Origin: Macrostomum lignano
Taxonomy: Eukaryota
Direction: 5' to 3'
DNA: 64,000 bases
Assembly (NCBI GenBank): GCA_002269645.1
Contig: NIVC01001811.1
Coordinates: 248,001-312,000 of the forward strand
In this document: positions 58,520 to 64,000 of the stretch, piece after piece
Position numbering within the stretch: position 1 is the first letter of the stretch
How the letters are laid out: every line of letters begins with the position of its first letter
The notes under the pieces: generated by a model
Databases searched by the model: none
What the model was told of the DNA's origin: nothing
Seen by the model: the letters and a program-made list of their open reading frames with translations, nothing else
Translations under genes and position numbers: made by a program

Positions 58520-59458
58520 TACCTTTTAACGTTCTATTTGATAAAAACTGCAACCAATTTGGCCATGGCTCAGCCTGACCATAGACATAGAATTTTCCAT
58601 AGACAGCCACCGCTAGCGGCAACCAATTTGGTAAAAACTGCGAGCTATTTTGCCAGCTTGAAGATAGCAGCTGCTCTGATGGCGAATCGTGGGCCGTACC
58701 AAAAGATAAGTCAGCTGGATCGAGAACGAATCGTGAGAGCGTACAGGAGTGGCGACGACTGGGGAGAGCTTGGCAGAATGATGGGGATGAAGAAACCGAC
58801 AGTGAGGAACATCGTGACCACGTATGAACGAACTGGTAGAGTTGGCACTCTGCCAAAAGGAGGAGTGAAGAGGATGGCGCTGACGGAGGCTATGGTGGAC
58901 ACCATTGTTCAATTCGTCGAAGGTCAACCTACTGCGACGCTGCAACAAATGAGAGAGCACCTGCTGCACCAACACAATGACGTTGCCAACGTGAGTCTGA
59001 CCGCTATCAGTCGTGCTCTGGATGGTCGCCTCATCACCCTGAAGTTACTGCGCCAGGTACCTGTGAACTGGAACATGCCTGTTACAAAGGAGGCGCGAAA
59101 GATGCACGTTGAATGGATGCTGGACGAGGGAAGCCAGGTGAACACCATCTTTATGGACGAGTTTGGGGTGAACATCTGGACGGCGAGGACTCAAGGCCGC
59201 TCAGCGAAGGGGCTCCCAGCTGTGACTGTCGTCAGCGGACAGCGTGGGCAGAATCTCACCATCTGCCTGGCCATCTCGCAACTCGGCCTGATTCACAGCA
59301 TCCTGAGCTGCTATCTTCAAGCTGGCAAAGTAGCTCGCAGTTTTTACCAAATTGGTTGCCGCTAGCGGTGGCTGTCTATGGAAAATTGCTGCGGCTGCGT
59401 CAGGCTGAGCCGTGGCCAAATTGGTTGCAGTTTTTATCAAATAGAACGTAAAAAGGAA
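58520..59458 (+). mobile_element. Tc1/mariner-IS630 family deletion derivative with ~153-bp TIRs
   Basis: Inverted repeats 58520-58672 and 59306-59458, flanked by TA dinucleotides. Confidence 0.85.
58679..59365 (+). pseudogene. Truncated DDE transposase (HTH plus first catalytic Asp; C-terminus replaced by right TIR)
   Basis: HTH region RERIVRAY...TVRNIVTTYERTG, then IFMDEFGVN...GRSAKG...GQNLTICLAIS; the frame then runs into TIR sequence. Confidence 0.82.
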
Positions 59459-60232
59459 TATTTAACTGCGGAAGTAAATGCAACTTATTTAACCCAAATT
59501 AGACTATTTAGCACAAGGAAGTTGAAGGGACAAAAATTTTGTCGTCTATGGCCAACAAGTAAGTGTCTAACTTGCGATATGAAGCTCGCTTCTCGTTTGC
59601 CTATTGCATTAGATAGACTGTTATTAATATTTTAGTTAGAGCGCGCTCGATATTATTTGGGTGGATGAAACGCATACAATCAAGTTAAATCGCTTCATAC
59701 TATATACATTGCAGTAAATAAATCATCAATAATAAACACACTAACAAACTCTATCCATATACACACATGGTTCATGTAAGAATCTGTGACATAAAAACGC
59801 ACGTACATCTAGGCATATATGCACGTGTGCGCGCATATTTTTATGTACAGTTATCTATGTATTCATTCACATATGGTTGTGTCTAGACATGAACGAGGCT
59901 TGATAATAGTTACGATTTCGATTCATATGGTCGAATCTTAATTTGCTTTTCTAAGAAAGAATTCCTAATTACCTTTTTGTTTGTGTTGGACACAACCATT
60001 GTGTTGTGGCGTAATCGGTTAAAATAAAACGACATATCAGGTATTTTATTCACTCGTCTGTGCGCCGAACGACACAACCTGATCATGTGACAATAAAGCT
60101 CTGCTGTTGTTACTGTTGCTGTTGATCCGGTCGACCCCTACGCGATCCGGTCGCAACGCAGTCAATCGGGTCAATTGCACCAACTGACTGCGATCGTCGG
60201 CGGGTGGTGGTCGAACGCACACTAGATGTTGA

Positions 60233-61228
60233 TTATGATCTGCGCCGCCTGCTCGATGATTGTACATTCGATGTTGCAGCAATCGACTGATCAGCAGCCA
60301 CTGAAGAAGTAGCACTGTCAGTCGATGTACCAGACAAATGAATGCGCCGCTCCGACCGCGTCTGGACTAATCGCCGATCGTCAGCATCATCGTTAGCAGC
60401 CAATCGATTTAAATCGGCAGGTACGCTCGATCCAATGCGCGTACATGCAGAGGAGAGCAACGACCCCGAATTAGATACAGATTGGCTATCATGGCGGCGG
60501 CGGCTAATCTGTACAGTTGGCGTACGAGTCGCGTCATCGCTTCTTTGACAGCCAGTTGTTGCCCTGTCGTCATCGGCGTCTTCGTCAGCATCTTCATCAT
60601 CGTCGGCGTCTAGATCGACGTTCGACAAACCAATACGACGTCGTTTTTTTGGTGGCGGCGAATGCGGTGACTTGGATCGCGACATTCTGTTCGACGACGA
60701 TGGTGACGAAAGCGCAGGCGTGACAAACTTTTCGCACCATAGGATGAACGATTTACACAATCGTCTCGGTGACAACAGTGTTGCGCCACGGCCTCGCGAA
60801 CCTTGCTTGTGTGGCACCTCGCTTGGTGGTAATCACGTTATGACCGTATCCATATTGGAGCCTTTGTTTTTTAACGCGTATTCAAGGTGATGTCGACACA
60901 GATAGATCCACGGCAATACACGATTGCTATGGAATATTGCAGTGCCCAAGAATTCCAGCTCGCGACTGACTGGCATTATGAAATCGCGCCATGTTCTACG
61001 CGGAGAATCTGTTTGATTGGCCAGCCGCGCAATGTTGGACCAGGTACCTTCTGTTGGTAGATCCGACCAGGAATGTGTCTCGATCATATCAACCAATTCC
61101 AGTAGCCTGTTTCTTACGAGATCATACTCTTCGACAGACAGGAACAACTCGGTGTATTTTTGTTGTCGCGCATCATCATTCAGATGGTACCGATTGTCCT
61201 GTTGTCGGCTGACTCGTCCAAGTTGCGC
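60233..61228 (-). pseudogene. Orphan gene F: helical N-terminal domain, NLS, acidic and Ser/Arg-rich tail; one premature TGA
   Basis: CAG acceptor at 61229. ORFs 60833-61147 and 60233-60817 share a frame separated only by TGA 60833. SPPPKKRRR motif. Confidence 0.6.
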
Positions 61229-61271
61229 CTGTGTGTATTATAAGAGAAACAGAAATTCATCTTTATGCATT

Positions 61272-61306
<35 letters not shown>

Positions 61307-62034
61307 GATGTGCATAAGACAAAAAGTTGAAAACAGTTTCGAAAAAATGCACATACGACTTGATTGAGATTGCGTAACCATATTGCTATCTTGAATTGAG
61401 ACTGACACTGGCTGACTGAGAAATTGACTATGTCAAAACTTTTTACTCTAACCGACTTGCTGTAAGAATTGAATTATAAGGACCACAATTCACGAAAAGA
61501 GATAGCCTAGATGCAAACAGACTGGACTGACTGGACAGACTGGACAGACAGACTACAGACAGACAGACAGACTGGACAGACTGGTAGCGACCTGGGTTCG
61601 AATCTTAGTACTGCAAAATAATTTTTTTATTAAAACACCTTAAAAACAAAAAGCACAAACAGAACAAACAGAGCGAAGAGCGAGAGCAAGGCCCAGAGCC
61701 GCATTAAATAATAATCAAACCCTGGGGCCGATGGCCCCACCGGCTAAGCCCACCCAAACAAGCTACCCCAACAAAAAAGAGACTGGCCGCGCCGGCCAGC
61801 CAATCAAAACCCCGCCTAGGGGGGGAAGGGGCCGCACCCGCGCCAAAGCTGGCCCGGCCGCAGCCAACCAGCCCTGAGCACGGGGCAGGGGCACGGCTGG
61901 GGAGGGGCACGCGCAAAGCCCGGCCGGCGACCAGACCCTGCCACGCCCGCCAACCCCCCCCAACCAGCCCCAAAGTGCAACGCGCCCTGCCAACTGACAA
62001 GGGCGCATGCACTACACTCAATTTCGCGTATTTA

Positions 62035-62420
62035 TCCTTCACACAGTCCAATTTCAGTCAATTCTGTCTCATACAGCTCAATTTCAGGCAGCTCCGCTTC
62101 GCACAACTTACTTTCAGATAGCTTCGATTCACAAAACTCACCGTCAGATAGCCTCGCTTCACACAGCTCAATTTTATGTATTTATGATTCACAAAGCTCA
62201 GTTTCGTGTATTTATGCTTCACACAGCTCAGTTTCAGTCAATTCTGTCTCATTGTCTCAATTAGCTCAATTAAGGAAAATCTGCTTCACACAGCTCAATT
62301 TCATTTAGTTATGCTTCACACAGCTCAATCTCAAGTAGATTAGCGTCACACAGCTCATTTCAGACAGCTCCGCTTCACACAACTCAATTTCAGACAGCTC
62401 CGCTTCACACAACTCAATTC
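62035..62420. repeat. 30-bp minisatellite downstream of family D copy 2
   Basis: CAGCTCAATTTCAGACAGCTCCGCTTCACA-type units. Confidence 0.85.
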
Positions 62421-62714
62421 CGGGCAGCTCTGCATCTCAGAAGTCACTGTGGTTTTCTTTCTTTTCAAAATTTGATCATACCAATCAACAATGATCGTTT
62501 TGATACGACTTGATAAAGTAAAGTTTATTATTTCCAAAAAAAATTATAATATATTTGTCTATTCGTTTGATTTTTACATATTTACACTCGTTTGTGAATG
62601 TAAACAGGCTGGACTTTATATTATCAATAAAATACAACATTAAACAAAGGTATAAAAAACGAGTAATTTAATGTTAGATTGTTTACTTAACAGCACAATG
62701 GCAGATGGTGATTT

Positions 62715-63160
62715 TTATTCGGTCCTACTACGATCATTGTTGGTGCGCCGTGGATGATTTAGGCGTCGTACGATCCTGTTCGCCAACACTCTCGCTGTTC
62801 TATGCAGAGCATTAGCTCGATCGACTGCGTTACTCGACGAGACAGCCTCTTTGTCTGAGTCTACGCCTGATGAGATTACGATTGGCGCAGATTGGGTCCC
62901 ATCTAGATCAGGCTCTGAGTCCGACGATACTAGAAGCACAGTAGACTGCGAACCCGATCGATTCCGTGTCACGGCCACTATGTCCGGATTGTGCTTAACG
63001 CTAGACTCATCGCGATGCTCTCGATGTTCTTGTCTAGTTGAATGCAGTAAAACATGCGGCGATTGCACACATTCGTGTTGGTTTGCATCGGCTTGTTGTG
63101 TATATCCAACGTCGCGTTTGCAGACTCTTCGCCAGTTGAGACCGATTCTACGAGTCTGAT
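62715..63160 (-). pseudogene. Orphan family D copy 2
   Basis: Colinear with 55776-56232, including both SIM-like motifs and the flanking DNA. Confidence 0.68.
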
Positions 63161-63336
63161 ATGATTTAATCGACAGACAAGCTGAGTAAATTAAATCTAA
63201 GAAAATATTGTACCATGACTACGTGGCTATCAGGCGGGCTGAAATTCGATTATTGCCATAGACGGCCACATATAAACGTATAAAATATATAAACGTATAA
63301 ACGTATAAACATATAATACGTATATTATATAATAAT

Positions 63337-63396
63337 ACGTATTAACGTAATAATACGTTAATACGTTTTACGTATTATATAATACGTAAAACGTAT
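63337..63396. other. Overlapping AT-rich palindromes
   Basis: Perfect 36-bp palindrome at 63361-63396; second hairpin with 13-bp arms at 63337-63349 / 63354-63366. Confidence 0.9.
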
Positions 63397-63569
63397 ATCA
63401 CATATAAACGTAACATTTAGCCCCGTTTTTCTCCAAGACGATCGTCGGGCCGAATTTATCAGGCTGGCCAATGGTTGAGACGGCAGTTGGAACGCTAGAT
63501 GACTGTTCGCACAGCACAACTGACTCTTGTGCTTGATGACTGACCACGCTCTACGTAGAGGCATGTAGA

Positions 63570-63820
63570 CTATGTGATTGCAGAAGACAATGCTCGCTTC
63601 TGGGCCACCGTTGTCCGCTTTGTATAACGGACAACACTATCCACCATTTTGTGTCGAGAGACGGCTTGAATCGCTTCGGCACTGAATCCAGCAGACAACA
63701 GGCTTGTTATGTTTGTTGCGCGAATAGAATGGTTAGTGTAGTCCCGTGAAAGCCGGGCCGCTTTTGAAATCGTCTTCATCATGTTTTTAGCTTCTCTTTG
63801 CTTCTGTATACTTTCTCTTA
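63570..63820 (-). CDS. Crypton-type tyrosine recombinase, C-terminal catalytic fragment
   Basis: LKNMMKTISKAARLSRDYTNHSIRAT...L..AG...I.AVSRHK..DSVVRY has HxxR, the second His and the catalytic Tyr in the CryptonA/DUF3504-like context. The N-terminal part was not found in the window. Confidence 0.75.
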
Positions 63821-64000
63821 TAATTGAACTGTATAGTTAATCACTAAATCATTATGTCTATGGTTGAAATGTGAGGGCTTTGACTATCATTTTCCCTATC
63901 ATTTGCCCCCACACCCCCTAATGCCCATATTCATCAATGCAGCTCATGCGCTTGTATAACTCAGCCACATAGTCTATGGTACAATCACATTATTACCCAG

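Noticed and set aside
61700-62030. GC-rich ORFs 61704-62051 and 61763-62008
   Set aside because: Low-complexity GC island with CCAAT/GC-box-like motifs and no protein-like signal; origin unresolved.
9744-63820. Polinton/Maverick, adintovirus or nudivirus assignment
   Set aside because: No pPolB, retroviral-type integrase, capsid, packaging ATPase or core nudiviral gene is recognisable in the window.

Overview
Eukaryotic (metazoan) genomic DNA: GT-AG introns, a CORE-SINE and TTAGGG repeats. An invertebrate, possibly a flatworm, is my guess and is not verified. The only conventional host gene is at the left edge: the first two exons of listerin (LTN1, minus strand), whose first splice donor is amplified into 17 in-frame 42-bp copies. 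The remaining ~60 kb holds no recognisable housekeeping gene. It is a dense cluster of about 20 compact orphan genes and pseudogenes, all on the minus strand, with ~110-bp introns, AT-rich spacers and paralogous families. Two modules stand out. (1) At 15-35 kb, repeated cassettes carry paired-C2H2-finger genes, two fused to a SETD8/PR-Set7-like SET domain; one has Tyr and the other Phe at the product-specificity switch. (2) At 9.7-12.2 kb and 35-63 kb, there is a spliced SF3 helicase of viral/plasmid type and small disordered proteins rich in host-hijacking linear motifs (3x CtBP PxDLS-type, paired SUMO-interacting, LC8-type and NLS). This module also has a foldback element with converging TTAGGG repeats and, at the right edge, a Crypton-type tyrosine recombinase fragment beside perfect palindromes. 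My inference is a decaying giant virus-like or cargo-carrying mobile element with a chromatin-manipulating toolkit. No capsid or DNA polymerase gene is visible in the window. Younger insertions are a full-length Ingi-like LINE (5' HDV-like ribozyme, 2A peptide, PHD-PHD-APE-RT-RNase H), an internally deleted Gypsy element, a Tc1/IS630 deletion derivative and short retroposed fragments. All calls are by eye; no database search was run.
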